Below, piece by piece: positions 53,582 through 62,083 of a stretch of 64,000 nt of DNA. Position numbers and translations under genes: made by a program. The first letter of the stretch is position 1; every line of letters starts with the position of its first letter. The notes beneath the pieces are model-generated. The model saw only the letters and a program-made list of their open reading frames with translations, was not told the DNA's origin and made no database searches. The stretch is taken from assembly GCF_037042905.1 (NCBI RefSeq), contig NC_087251.1, forward strand, positions 39,558,001-39,622,000. Direction: 5' to 3'. Source of the stretch: Lytechinus pictus. Taxonomy: Eukaryota.

Positions 53582-56500
53582 ATATATATGATGCAATGGA
53601 ATCCCAATCCAGCTCCAATTTCATTAACGTTTATATATGATTCCCTACAAGTGAGACCTTCTCCACTTTCAATTTCTTAAGAAAAGTCATAATGCGTTTA
53701 GATTATCATGGCTTGAACAACTATTGAAGAGAGGCAAGAATGGAGATAAAAGTGGATCAGGCACACCAAAAAGTTGTTTATTATGGAATCACATAATACT
53801 ACTACTACTAATAATAATAATGTGACTTATAAAGCGCCAAATCCACTCTGTAGAGTGCTCAAGGCGCATAAAGAGTTAAATAAAAATGTTTTTAGAAGAT
53901 TTTTGAAAGTCTTGACAGAGGTACATTTTTTTATGTCTTCAGGAAGGCTATTCCACAAAGTGGGGCGTAAAAAATCAACTGATCTTTCCCCCCAAGTTTC
54001 GAAACTTTTGGAATAACAACGAAGCCAGAAGTGGATGAGCGCAAAGACCTGCTCGGTCTGTAGTAAATGATAAATGAAAGACTGTATTGTGGTGCTGATC
54101 CAAGTTAACTATGAAAAGCAAGCAACAAAATCTTTAAAAAATAGATGTTATTATTGATCATTATAGAGTCATTGTACACCCCTCAGAATATAGTACCCTG
54201 ATTTCTATTGTGGTTCATTGCCTTTATGCAAACATGTCTTAAGTGCAAAGGGAGTATGCAGTAATCACCTACTTCTGGGAAGAAAACAATTTTTATGTCT
54301 TCAACTTCCGAACAAAATCAAGCAGTAAAACCACACTTATTACATATTTTCAGACGTGAGTTAAATAACAACGTCTGCTTTGCTTGATCTTGTCTCGTCG
54401 AAAGGAGTCTCTGGAGCGCTATTCATCACCAGTAGAGGGAGATCTTCGCCATGTGCTTGTAAAAATAGTCGACCTGTGCCCTAATTACGTGCAGAATGCA
54501 CTTTGGGAATTGGTAGCCGGAATTGGGTTGCATCCATATAAGGTCACTTACAGTTATATGAAGAATCCTTATATCTGAATTCTCATCCCTATGTCAAAAT
54601 GCTTTGAAATGGATTATGAAATAACAAACTATAATCAAGGAGTTGTGAAATTTTAGAATGCTTTAATAATTTAAATCAAAAAGTTTTGATTTTTTAATTA
54701 TGGGTTGTTACATAATTTTTGTCTCACCTGCAAAGCAGAGTGGGACTATAGGTGCCACTTTTCTGACGGCGGCGTCAACATCAAATCTTAACCGAATGTT
54801 AAGTTTATGAAATGACAGCATAACTTAAAAATATATGGACCTAGTTCATGAAACCTTGACATAAGGTTAATCAAGTATTACTGAACATTCTGCCTGAGTT
54901 TCAGGTCACATGACCAAGGTCAAAGGTTATTAAGGGTCAATGAACTTAGACCATGTTGGGGGAAATCAACATCAAAATCTTAACCTAAGGTTAAGTTTTT
55001 GAAATTTCATCATAACTTTGAAAGTATGTAGACCTAGTTCATGAAACTTGGCCATAAGGGTAATCAAGTATTACTGAACATCTTGTATGAGTTTCAAGTC
55101 ACATGACCAAGGTCAAAGGTCATTTAGGGTCAATGAACTTTGACCATGTTGGGGATATTTGTTGAATTACCATCATAACTCTGACAGTGTATGGATCTAG
55201 TTCATAAAACTTGGACATAAGAGTAATCAAGTATCACTGAACATCTGGTGCTAGTCAAAGGTCATTTAAGGTCAATGAACTTTGGCCGTGTTAGAGGTAA
55301 TTATCAAATTGCTGTCATAACTTTCAAAGTTTATGGATGTAGTTTATGAAATGTGGACATAGGGGTAATCAAGTATCACTGACAAGTCTTAGATCACATG
55401 ATCAAGGTCAAATATCATTTAGGGTCAATGAACGCAGTATTGTTTCATTATATGAATCGTGTTTTTTGTGAATAATTATTTTATAGTAATTTTCAAAGTC
55501 AGCACTGCTGCTATATTGAATCGTGTAATGCAGGTGAGACTGCCAGAGGCGCTCCACTTCTTTTTTCTAATTGCCATGGTTTTATCTAATAACTGATCAT
55601 GGCAGCCTGTAGACTGAAGTACATTCTGTTTACAAGGTACAAACATCAAGAGAACACATTTACAATGAAATAATACTTTGAGGTTTTCTTTTCTATTTCT
55701 CCTGTTTGATTTCTCATTTATAGGCCGTGTTCAAGAATTATGACTTGGATAAGGATGGCTTAATTACATACTCCGAGTTCCAGAGTATAGCGACCAGCAA
55801 TTTCCCTTTTATGGACTCCTTCTGTGTGCTTGATGCGGATCGGTAAGTACCTTTTAGGAATTCTTGTTGGTTATTTATTAGCCATCAGTGCAACTTCACT
55901 TCTTAGTACATGTGCAATTCTCATTTTTTGGTGTAAATTTTCAAAGCTGATAATTTTTTATCATGACAGCAAGGATATAATTGATTGCTTGAATGGTGCG
56001 ATAAGAGATTTTTTTTAACACAGAAGGCCTTTCTCATCTTTGTTTCCTAATATAAAACCCTTGAAACCAGTTGAATTCTTATAAAAGAGGAAAATCAAAG
56101 AAACAGATTAATGAAAGTTTGAGAAAGATTGAATGAATAATAAGAACGTTATCAGTGTGTCACAATCACTGGTATATTTGCCTGTTTTGATCTTTCACTT
56201 GAGATGCTACAAGCTTTCTCAGACTTTTCTCATGATCATTGATATGGTGAATATCTTCAATAATGAGTTATTATCAAAGACTATGTTCATAATGCTAGAT
56301 TCCTTATTCACTTAGTCTACAAGCAGTGGGTCTACTTCTCAGATAGTCTAGTACCACATGGGCTAAACCCTTTTGGTCCAACTTCAATGTGGTCTACACA
56401 ACACTTGGTCTGTTACCAACTAAGTCTTATTGTCATTAATGGTAAATAGGCTACATGGCAATGACACCAAATGGTTAGTAGATGAACTGATTGAAGCCAA

Positions 56501-58781
56501 CCTGGGAATAGACCAAACGAAATGTAGCCAAACTAGAATTAGACGATGTGGAATGAGTCCTTACAGAAAGTAGAACAAAGTTGGTGTAGACCAAGTTGCA
56601 ATGTACCACTGCTTCTAAACAATGTCTTCACTGGCTCTTCTGTTGTCACTCCCGTCCCATCCAGGGATGGCCTGATCAGCAAGCAGGAGATGCAGTCCTA
56701 CTTCGTGCGCGCCCACAGCCTGGCCCTCAGCACGAGCTTCAAGCACACCTTCAGCGTCCACACCTACTTCAGCCCGACCTTCTGCGTCCACTGCACCGGC
56801 CTCCTCTGGGGGCTCATCAAGCAGGGGTACAAGTGCAAGATCTGCGGAGTCAACGCCCACAAGCACTGCAAGGAGAGGGTCGTCATGGAGTGCCGCAGCA
56901 AGAAGTCCCTCGGCCTCAACGGCAGCATGGTCATGTCGTCCTCGGGCACGCAGTCGCCCACAGGGGGCGCCCTGCAGCGGAGGCACACGATGGACGGTGG
57001 GGGTCCCATCATGAATGGAATGAATGGGCTAAATGGGCACAAGGAAACAAATGGCAGTAAGTGAAATAAGCATAGTATACCGGTATTGGTGCAAAGATAC
57101 AATTATGTAGGCCTAATGTACTTTTCATTTATTGCTATTCACATGAACGCAAATCTATGTAGATTTTATTTTTCATAATCACGCTTTGTTGAACATGTTC
57201 ACCTTGCCAGAATATTGTTTTAGAAGGTAGTAGTACATAGATGAAAGATGATATGATATAAGATGCATACGATTGAAAGATTAAGATTACTATTATAGAA
57301 TCTCGACAGTAATACTTACATATTGGTATTTAAAAAAATATTTGATTTTTTTGGTGGAATGTGTATCAATGATAATTACCAATGTCAGGATCATTCTATA
57401 TGAATCAGATTCAGGAAAACACCCTTCATTTTTATGATCAATTTAATGGAATAAATTTGAATGAGTGTTATGAATGTGAATTGCATCATTGCAGTGTTGT
57501 GCAATTTAAAAAAAAATTGAATGTTAATTTTTCCCATTTCCACCATCCCTTAGCAACTAAAACTAAGAACATGTCCTGGGAAGACAAGAGACGGATCTCA
57601 CTCCGTCAGAAGACACGTCTGATCGAGACCGCCACACAGACGGAAGACCTTATACCCAACACCCCTCCAGAATCAGACAAAGAATCAGAAGAACATGAGA
57701 TGGAGGTCGACCAGGGGCACGACCATGGTGGAATCATCTGTGATGGACGACGGTTAAGTGAACTCAGTGAGGATGAGAGTACGAGTAGTTTTGGCGACCA
57801 CGGAAGCACGGCAGGAAGTGATTCAAGCGTCTTCTTGAGGTCGCCGAAGCCCGATTTGAAAGAGAAATTGATGATGGCTGAAAGGGTGAGACTAATAAGA
57901 CCTTGGTTTGCTTGAAGTCTTGGTAGAAATTACTCTAAAATAATTTAACATCAGGAATATATTTTGAGTGATGTAGTTAAGAAAAAAAAATGTAACAAAT
58001 TTTGTTGGACTTAATTGTGCTTTTAGGTATGTACACTATATCCTTTGATTCCATGGAATATGTACAGCCTACCTCCTATTTGCGGAACCTTTCTAAAATG
58101 ATTTTAATCTGTTTTCTAGTTCGTATGAAAAATTGTAATGCCCTCATATTAAGTGAAGTAAGAATGGAGAAAAATAGGGGTTGACGTACAAAAAAATTGA
58201 TTATTTTATATTGCTCATTTATTTTCCTGGTAACATTAATTTTAAAGTCTGTCATATCCATGGTGATTTATTTTTCAAAACCTGAATGATGGCTGTACTG
58301 ATATGTAATGAAATGTGTTATAAAGGTACAGTATTGACCTTACATTTTCAAAGGTAAATGCATTTCATTTCCAAAAAAAACAGTAGACTCCCCTTTCTAA
58401 AAGTTGAATAGAAATATATAGGGATGTCATTTTCATTCAGACATTTTCGAACAATTTTTTTTTTTTGGCCATACGTATAAAGCATCTTTTTCATGCAGGA
58501 AAGGGGTCATTGTAGATTATTTTCACACTTTTTAATCTATTCTATGTGGCATCCCATTACATAGTACCTTCCCCCTGACACCTCTCAATTGCTTATTCTA
58601 TTATCGGCAGGATCGGGACTCGCTGCGGGCCGAAAACAACAGACTGAAAGAAGAGATGAAGGGAATCAATATGAAGAACCAGCAGTTAGAACACCAGTTA
58701 GAAATGGTCAAGAGACATACGGTGTCATTTATTATTGACCAAATGGACTCGATTCATGTGCAGAAAGACACGACAGTCTAG
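2646..58781 (+). CDS. RASGRP: RasGRP-family guanine nucleotide exchange factor (RasGRP1/3-like), 16 coding exons, ~804 aa
   Basis: Manual join of 2646-2793, 5076-5181, 23807-23917, 42267-42398, 43841-43991, 45315-45488, 45884-46000, 46750-46847, 49395-49396, 50149-50324, 51798-51878, 52994-53098, 55724-55842, 56665-57056, 57554-57885, 58611-58781 = 2415 nt, open frame. Recognisable RasGRP motifs: [84 protein letters not shown]1 domain. Confidence 0.95.
3626..3936. mobile_element. PIF/Harbinger-like MITE, family A
   Basis: TIR GGCCCGTATTCTGAAGTC / GACTTCAGAATACGGGCC with TAT target duplication. Related copies at ~5290-5545 (partial) and 50493-50796. Confidence 0.85.
5076..5181 (+). CDS. RASGRP: RasGRP exon 2 ([35 protein letters not shown]), REM domain
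   Basis: ttttccag acceptor matches phase 1; exon ends at the U12 donor |ATATCCTTT. Confidence 0.9.
5591..6325. mobile_element. Non-autonomous TIR element (Kolobok-like) carrying a LINE 3'-end insertion (~5781-5985, minus strand)
   Basis: Long inverted arms, right end ...cattcct|TTAA. Second copy at ~13019-13570 begins TTAA|AGGGATGGTCCAGGCTGAAAA and lacks the insertion. Confidence 0.65.
6556..6949. mobile_element. Kolobok-like non-autonomous DNA transposon
   Basis: TTAA on both sides, AG...CT termini; close copy at 38010-38404. Confidence 0.8.
6955..7455. repeat. ~160-bp degenerate tandem repeat, ~3 copies
   Basis: atgctcat-aaaagatt-cttg-aaa and ctagctatca-caa-ca recur. Confidence 0.65.
7641..7810 (+). 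mobile_element. SINE with 7SL(Alu-domain)-like head, B box and (CA)n tail, inserted in a MITE end
   Basis: ggcgttgtggcgtgcgcctgtaatccaagct resembles the 7SL 5' end; ggttcgagccc B box; 9-bp TSD CATACAACA at 7632-7640 and 7811-7819. Confidence 0.7.
11813..12030. mobile_element. MITE (Harbinger-like)
   Basis: TIR GGGGTGTTGCAAGAAA / TTTCTTGCAACACCCC. Confidence 0.75.
13019..13570. mobile_element. Kolobok-like palindromic element, right end truncated (same family as 5591-6325)
   Basis: TTAA|AGG start; extensive identity to 5591-6325. Confidence 0.65.
17160..17608. repeat. (AGAT)n/(AGAC)n compound microsatellite
   Basis: Directly visible. Confidence 0.95.
18768..18965. repeat. Purine-rich (AAG/AGG/AAC) low-complexity tract
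   Basis: Directly visible. Confidence 0.85.
19040..19256. mobile_element. Small TIR element with TAACCC-like internal motifs; related copy at ~30212-30408 in opposite orientation
   Basis: tttgctcc...caattgctcc at the left end, gagcaattgt...agcaaatgt at the right end. Confidence 0.55.
23807..23917 (+). CDS. RASGRP: RasGRP exon 3 ([37 protein letters not shown])
   Basis: Follows the U12 branch site and AC; 111 nt, phase 2 to phase 2; donor AA|GTAAGT; links in frame to YWIMNF of exon 4. Confidence 0.9.
24208..24365. repeat. Exact 79-bp tandem duplication
   Basis: 24208-24286 repeated at 24287-24365. Confidence 0.9.
24401..24670. mobile_element. Harbinger-like MITE, family B (~270 bp)
   Basis: TIR GGCCCCGTCTTACAAAGAG, CTG-type flanks. 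Copies in opposite orientation at ~44095-44371, ~44499-44769 and ~50884-51158. Confidence 0.85.
28267..28564 (+). mobile_element. tRNA-derived SINE, near full length
   Basis: A box tggcccagtgg, B box ggttcgaatcc, body ...ccaggtgaggtgaatgggtacc..., (ATT)n tail. Relatives at 32781-33052 (-), 36351 (+), 41957 (+); fragments at ~3176-3245 (-) and ~52090-52270 (+). Confidence 0.85.
29093..29276. mobile_element. MITE (Harbinger-like)
   Basis: Inverted arms ggccc-attc-caa...tttgaatctgtggtttg / caaaccacagattcaaaa...gaattcgggcc. Confidence 0.7.
29746..29904. mobile_element. Harbinger-like MITE, family C (~155 bp palindrome with central agccaatca)
   Basis: CAG-flanked palindrome; relatives at 41304-41460, 47438-47590, 58850-59001, ~7480-7640, ~51160-51295. 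Confidence 0.75.
30551..31697. repeat. 26-bp minisatellite (CTATTATGACTRGCGACCCTCTTCTA-like), ~40 units, degenerate at the right end
   Basis: Directly visible 26-nt period. Confidence 0.92.
31880..32460. repeat. ~80-130 bp pyrimidine-rich degenerate tandem repeat
   Basis: Recurring ccatc...cca-ggtcttacttgacacca-a-tttt core. Confidence 0.7.
32781..33052 (-). mobile_element. tRNA-derived SINE (same family as 28267)
   Basis: Reverse-complement match including B box (gggattcgaaccc). Confidence 0.8.
35255..35790 (-). mobile_element. 5'-truncated L2/CR1-clade LINE 3' end
   Basis: Minus-strand peptide [39 protein letters not shown], typical of an L2-type ORF2 C-terminus, with frameshift; (ATT)n tail. 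Confidence 0.8.
36351..36604 (+). mobile_element. tRNA-derived SINE interrupted near its tail by a MITE
   Basis: gtggctcggtgg A box, ggttcaaatcc B box, ccaggtgtagtaaatgggtacc body. Confidence 0.7.
36605..36757. mobile_element. MITE with CAGGGGCCGC termini
   Basis: TIR CAGGGGCCGC / GCGGCCCCTG; 5-bp duplication TATTG. Confidence 0.75.
38010..38404. mobile_element. Kolobok-like element (copy of 6556-6949)
   Basis: TTAA duplication; AGG...CCT termini. Confidence 0.8.
38855..39790. mobile_element. Kolobok-like non-autonomous DNA transposon, 936 bp
   Basis: Perfect 16-bp TIR GGACGTTCCACAGTTA / TAACTGTGGAACGTCC flanked by TTAA. Confidence 0.88.
39970..40810. repeat. ~190-320 bp degenerate tandem repeat; another unit at ~37905-38475 is split by the 38010 element
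   Basis: Recurring gagttac-cccttctgc-tcca...tgatca...aactatgaaggg and caatcaatattgctattagtgagagaaa. Confidence 0.65.
41304..41460. mobile_element. Harbinger-like MITE, family C
   Basis: gtttcataaaggacttgcaactgt / acagttgcaagtcctttatgaaac inverted arms. Confidence 0.8.
41957..42248 (+). mobile_element. tRNA-derived SINE ending just upstream of exon 4
   Basis: Homologous to the 28267 copy. Confidence 0.75.
42267..42398 (+). CDS. RASGRP: RasGRP exon 4 ([16 protein letters not shown]...VVDISNV)
   Basis: ttttccag acceptor, GTGAGT donor, phases match. Confidence 0.93.
42631..43033. mobile_element. Foldback-like element built of TAGACCA/TGGTCTA short repeats; fragments at ~44040-45100 and ~56315-56610
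   Basis: Left half rich in cgtcta/ggtcta, right half rich in tagacc/ggacga. Confidence 0.6.
43101..43214. mobile_element. hAT-like MITE, perfect hairpin
   Basis: Two perfect 54-bp arms, 6-nt loop, 8-bp TSD CCCTGAAG, CAG termini. Confidence 0.92.
43841..43991 (+). CDS. RASGRP: RasGRP exon 5 ([12 protein letters not shown]...[10 protein letters not shown]), REM-CDC25 linker and start of CDC25
   Basis: tttcag acceptor, GTATGT donor; strong family motifs. Confidence 0.95.
44095..44769. mobile_element. Two family-B MITEs (~44095-44371 and ~44499-44769) nested in older repeats
   Basis: GGGCCC-GTCTTACAA termini. Confidence 0.8.
45315..45488 (+). CDS. RASGRP: RasGRP exon 6 ([11 protein letters not shown]...[10 protein letters not shown]), CDC25
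   Basis: Pyrimidine tract plus CAG acceptor, GTAGGT donor, 174 nt, phase 0. Confidence 0.95.
45884..46000 (+). CDS. RASGRP: RasGRP exon 7 ([29 protein letters not shown]...), CDC25
   Basis: Canonical CDC25 NNFNTL motif; CAG and GTAATG sites. Confidence 0.95.
46750..46847 (+). CDS. RASGRP: RasGRP exon 8 ([22 protein letters not shown]...FKIPI), CDC25
   Basis: tttag acceptor; phase-2 donor TT|GTAAGT. Confidence 0.93.
47583..49098 (+). mobile_element. Internally deleted DIRS1-like tyrosine-recombinase retroelement
   Basis: Inverted repeats ~47583-47624 / 48911-48952; internal segment 48787-48846 complementary to the terminal 49040-49098; YR C-terminal peptide. Confidence 0.8.
48322..48689 (+). 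pseudogene. Disrupted tyrosine recombinase C-terminus (DIRS type)
   Basis: CPVRALKRY, then after a frame disruption [10 protein letters not shown]...[12 protein letters not shown]...[10 protein letters not shown] (H-x-x-R, W and catalytic Y positions). Confidence 0.8.
49395..49396 (+). CDS. RASGRP: Putative 2-nt micro-exon (AG), RasGRP exon 9
   Basis: ~60-nt pyrimidine-rich tract, then tcag|AG|gtaagt. It converts the phase-2 donor of exon 8 to the phase-1 acceptor of exon 10, giving TT|AG|GG GTC CAC = L-G-V-H. Confidence 0.75.
49750..49985. repeat. (CAT)n microsatellite
   Basis: Directly visible. Confidence 0.95.
50149..50324 (+). CDS. RASGRP: RasGRP exon 10 ([13 protein letters not shown]...MDLVNMLR), CDC25
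   Basis: tttcctgtccag acceptor (phase 1), GTGAGG donor. Confidence 0.93.
50493..51296. mobile_element. Cluster of Harbinger-like MITEs (family A 50493-50796, family B ~50884-51158, family C-like ~51160-51295)
   Basis: TIRs match copies elsewhere in the window. Confidence 0.8.
51798..51878 (+). CDS. RASGRP: RasGRP exon 11 ([27 protein letters not shown])
   Basis: End-of-CDC25 motif; ttttag and GTAAGT sites. Confidence 0.95.
52290..52946. repeat. (CAT)n microsatellite, ~650 bp
   Basis: Directly visible. Confidence 0.95.
52994..53098 (+). CDS. RASGRP: RasGRP exon 12 ([18 protein letters not shown]...KHVTAMVE), CDC25-EF linker
   Basis: Matches the RasGRP P-x-x-P...W-A-x-G-V linker; TAG and GTGAGT sites. 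Confidence 0.93.
53800..54140 (-). mobile_element. 5'-truncated L2-like LINE 3' end
   Basis: Minus strand encodes a ...[11 protein letters not shown]...[14 protein letters not shown] peptide; gagcactctacagagtgga tail motif shared with a + strand fragment at ~46150-46365. Confidence 0.7.
54719..55562 (+). mobile_element. Helentron/HINE (DINE-1)-like non-autonomous element with ~170-bp internal tandem repeats
   Basis: Sub-terminal inverted repeat GTCTCACCTGCA (54721) / TGCAGGTGAGAC (55529), short 3' extension, T-run flanks, ~4 internal units (ggtcacatgaccaaggtcaaaggtca). Confidence 0.6.
55724..55842 (+). CDS. RASGRP: RasGRP exon 13 ([19 protein letters not shown]...CVLDADR), EF-hand 1 and start of EF-hand 2
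   Basis: EF loop [12 protein letters not shown]; phase-2 donor CG|GTAAGT. Confidence 0.95.
56665..57056 (+). CDS. RASGRP: RasGRP exon 14: EF-hand 2 (DGLISKQE) plus complete C1 domain
   Basis: H-x12-C-x2-C-x13-C-x2-C-x4-H-x2-C-x7-C; phase-1 donor A|GTAAGT. Confidence 0.96.
57554..57885 (+). CDS. RASGRP: RasGRP exon 15, acidic low-complexity tail with ETATQTE motif
   Basis: cccttag acceptor (phase 1), AGG|GTGAGA donor; open frame. Confidence 0.88.
58611..58781 (+). CDS. RASGRP: RasGRP last coding exon: coiled-coil-like segment ending QKDTTV*
   Basis: ggcag acceptor (phase 0); heptad-like [32 protein letters not shown] at 58779-58781. Confidence 0.88.
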   Translation, partial: DRDSLRAENNRLKEEMKGINMKNQQLEHQLEMVKRHTVSFIIDQMDSIHVQKDTTV

Positions 58782-58849
58782 AGGTTCAGTGTAACCAGGA
58801 CACACTTTTTTTATGCAGAAAGACACTACTATCTAAAGGTTGTTTCCAG

Positions 58850-59001
58850 GGGAGCATTTCATGAAAGGACTTGATGGACATGTTATGCGACAAGCCCTGT
58901 TTTATCCGACAGTTGCCATAGAAACAGTGCTTCTCGGTCAATCAGAGGAAATTTTTCAGATCCGACAACTTGTCGGACAACAATGTTGACGAAATGCTCC
59001 C
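58850..59001. mobile_element. Harbinger-like MITE in the 3' UTR
   Basis: TIR GGGAGCATTTC / GAAATGCTCCC with CAG duplication. Confidence 0.85.
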
Positions 59002-61912
59002 CAGGACCCACCTCATCTGCAGAAAGATACTACTGTATAAAGGTTGTGACGACCATGACGAACAACCATTACCATTGACAGGAAGATAGCATCATCTAGA
59101 AGTGGTGACCTGAGCAAACAACCCAACAACATAATACTGTCAACAGAAGAATATTACTGTTTTGAGGTGGTATCAGCGTCAGTACATAACCAGTAATGAT
59201 AATCAATTAATAAGCTTATTAATTATCATTTATGATAGTGATGATTATTCCAATTATCAATTGTAATACGGACATGGTGATATTGAAACCCTTTATTTGA
59301 AAGAATCATCTCAATAGTGATAAAATGCCAGCAGCACCAGATTTATGATTTTGTTAAACTTGCCCCCAATAATGCAAGAAAATTAGGAAAAAATCAGAAG
59401 AGCGCCCTTGATGTTTTAAAGAAGGGAGGTAGACTCACAAGGTCTTGGTGAAAGGAAGATGCTCTGTAGATTGATGAAAATATTCTCCAACTTCAATGAA
59501 TGAATACATCAAAATAGTTTTAAAAACTTGTGAATAACATTGGAAACAAACTTTGTTACTCGGACCGGAACTTTTGGAATCCACTTATTGCATCGAGAAG
59601 GTCTTCCTACATTGTAGAGTGGAAGTGAGTTTGGTATCCAGATCGACTCTGAAACTGGAGACGTTCATAGAACAACCCCACTGATGACACCCTTCAAATT
59701 ATGCACATCTTGTCAATGCTGCTACTGAATATTTTGATGGATATTATTGTATGAAACCAACCAGTTTATTTTCTTAAAAACTGTGGGAAAACACAATCTT
59801 GTAAGTTTCCGTCAGCTTGCACAAAACTTTGCTACTATTCTAGTGAGGCTTATAGCGGTTTCAATGTAGACATCAGAGACTGAAACAGAAATTTCCAGGA
59901 GGCAATTTCTTTTAAGACAGGTCGATAAGCTGAAGTCTGTCGCTTATGGTTCTATAGGTTTCGGAACACCCTTGTTGACCTTTTTTGAAAGACCCGTACC
60001 AGTGTCGACCACCATCACTCCTACCATGTGACCTACTGTTCAACACTACAAAAGCAAATAAGATTGACCACATTTTGATGTTCTACTAGAACATAACTTA
60101 TGCATATTCTTCGATGCCTTGTACATAAGATGCAAAAGCATTCAGTGTCCTAAAGAATGTCTTGACTTGTGGCATATCTAAACCAAGTGCTTTGAAAAAC
60201 TAGAAGAAAAACCGCGGATGTTGATACAGTCACAGGCCGGAGAGACACTTTTACTTCATTTTGCTCTCATATTACCAACAAAGACATGAGCTATTGTCCA
60301 AATGTCAATTGCCCATACATCGACGAGTAGTAGGGAATGTATATGTTTGGATGTTTACAACAGTAACTGGATCTACGTAGCCTGCGAAACAGATGTATTT
60401 TCCACTGATAACCAAAAGGATATGGGGTAGTACACAAGCTAGAAAAACACCACAATGGCTCTTAACAATAAGAGATGTCTCAAAATATGCATGAATAAAA
60501 CATTCTTCCCACGACAATAGCAATTGGTTGCACAATGAGGCTGTCAAATGTTCCATATTTATTTGATTCTCTTTGAAATTAAATAATTCCTGACAAGACT
60601 ATTTTTTTGTAAGATTCATTTTTATCATTCTAGATGCTGCAGTATGAAATGGTGGCATTTTATGCTTAATTAAAGAATTGAATTCATGTAAATATATCTT
60701 ACCTCGTAAGCAAGGAATAAGTACTGCTAAACACAGAGAAAACAGAAAATCTCAAAGTATGTTTTTTATATTAACTTATTAGATGATCACTTTATTCTAT
60801 ATCTGTTTTTGAAGGAATATGTTCTTTCTTTGCTTGAGACAAACAGGGAACAAATTATTTTGTGTAGGAGCATGCTTCACATTCACACACACACACACAC
60901 ACACACTTGTATTTGTAATGGCGGCTAAATGGGGGCAGTTATAACAAAAACTCCTGTATAACCACATGGAGGTGGGGACACACACTCCTGTGTTCTTCAT
61001 GCATGTGAGGACCTTTGTGTATGTGAATACAATGTGAATACATTTTGCGTCATTTCTAACATTCTGTAGCACCATCTGACATTCAGTTAGCAGCCATTAG
61101 AGTAGCCCCAAAAACAGGGATTGTCCCCATTTTCGGAAACATCCTCAGTTTGATAGTGGAGAGTCAAACTGCGTCTCTTGGTTATAACACACTACAGATG
61201 CACACAACACTCGTTGTACACAGCTGAATCGGGTGATCATGAATAAGAATTCTCACAATGTCACTACTTGCCACTGCATTATTTGGTTAACGTGCTGCAC
61301 GCATCCAACATACAGAGTCTTTTGGAAGTGTAAGAATTGTTCCTTTACAATTATGTACATACGCAGCTTTATTCAAGTCTGAACATATGGTCCACATCCA
61401 CTGTCATGCAATGCAGTCTCTTCATTACTGGTACTTTATAAACTATACATTTACTATCTGCCAAGTTCTAACGCGCAAACATATATGTGTGAGTAATTTT
61501 TTTTTAAAGAAAGTGCTGCATCAGTGAAATTCAAGGTATTTTTCAATATTATTCAAAGATAAATCATTGATGTCCTTATGAATATATCATTTAATTGGAC
61601 CAAGGAATATAATCTCTTCTACATCTACAATAAAATAGATGGTAGAAAAGGGCTTTCTCCATATTTCTTTATATATTCATTTCAAGTTCATGAAATGATT
61701 GTATTTAAACATTCCATCTTGCATGTGCTTCATCATATAATTTCTTTTGCACTTCGATGGTTACGTTATTACTTTGTTATTATTCTATATGATTTAATTA
61801 TTCTATTTTTAATGAAGGGTCATCCTATTCAAAGACTTGTTTCGCTGAAAGATTGTGTAGTTAGATTTGTGGGAAAATGTAGGATTTTAATTGATGACCA
61901 AATCAAAGAATG

Positions 61913-61918
61913 AATAAA
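61913..61918 (+). terminator. Candidate polyadenylation signal AATAAA (alternatives at 60494 and 61629)
   Basis: Lies at the end of a ~3-kb repeat-poor stretch after the stop codon, before transposon and satellite DNA resumes. Confidence 0.3.
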
Positions 61919-62083
61919 TTTTCATCTATTTTAATACATTTGAGGAAGAACTTTGGTTGCTTTGCAAAACGAATGGGCCTGAAGTAGCATTTTGAATGAA
62001 ATAATGACAAGTGGACAGATATTATTACAGACAGTAAGAATCTGACGTATATGTTGACAAGGAGTGTCAGATTTTGAAATATA

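Noticed and set aside
56596..57102. Overlapping alternative-frame and antisense ORFs over exon 14
   Set aside because: Expected by-product of extreme GC3, which depletes stop codons in other frames.
58779..58836. Stop-codon readthrough into the second QKDTTI* copy
   Set aside because: The copies are 55 nt apart, so out of frame.
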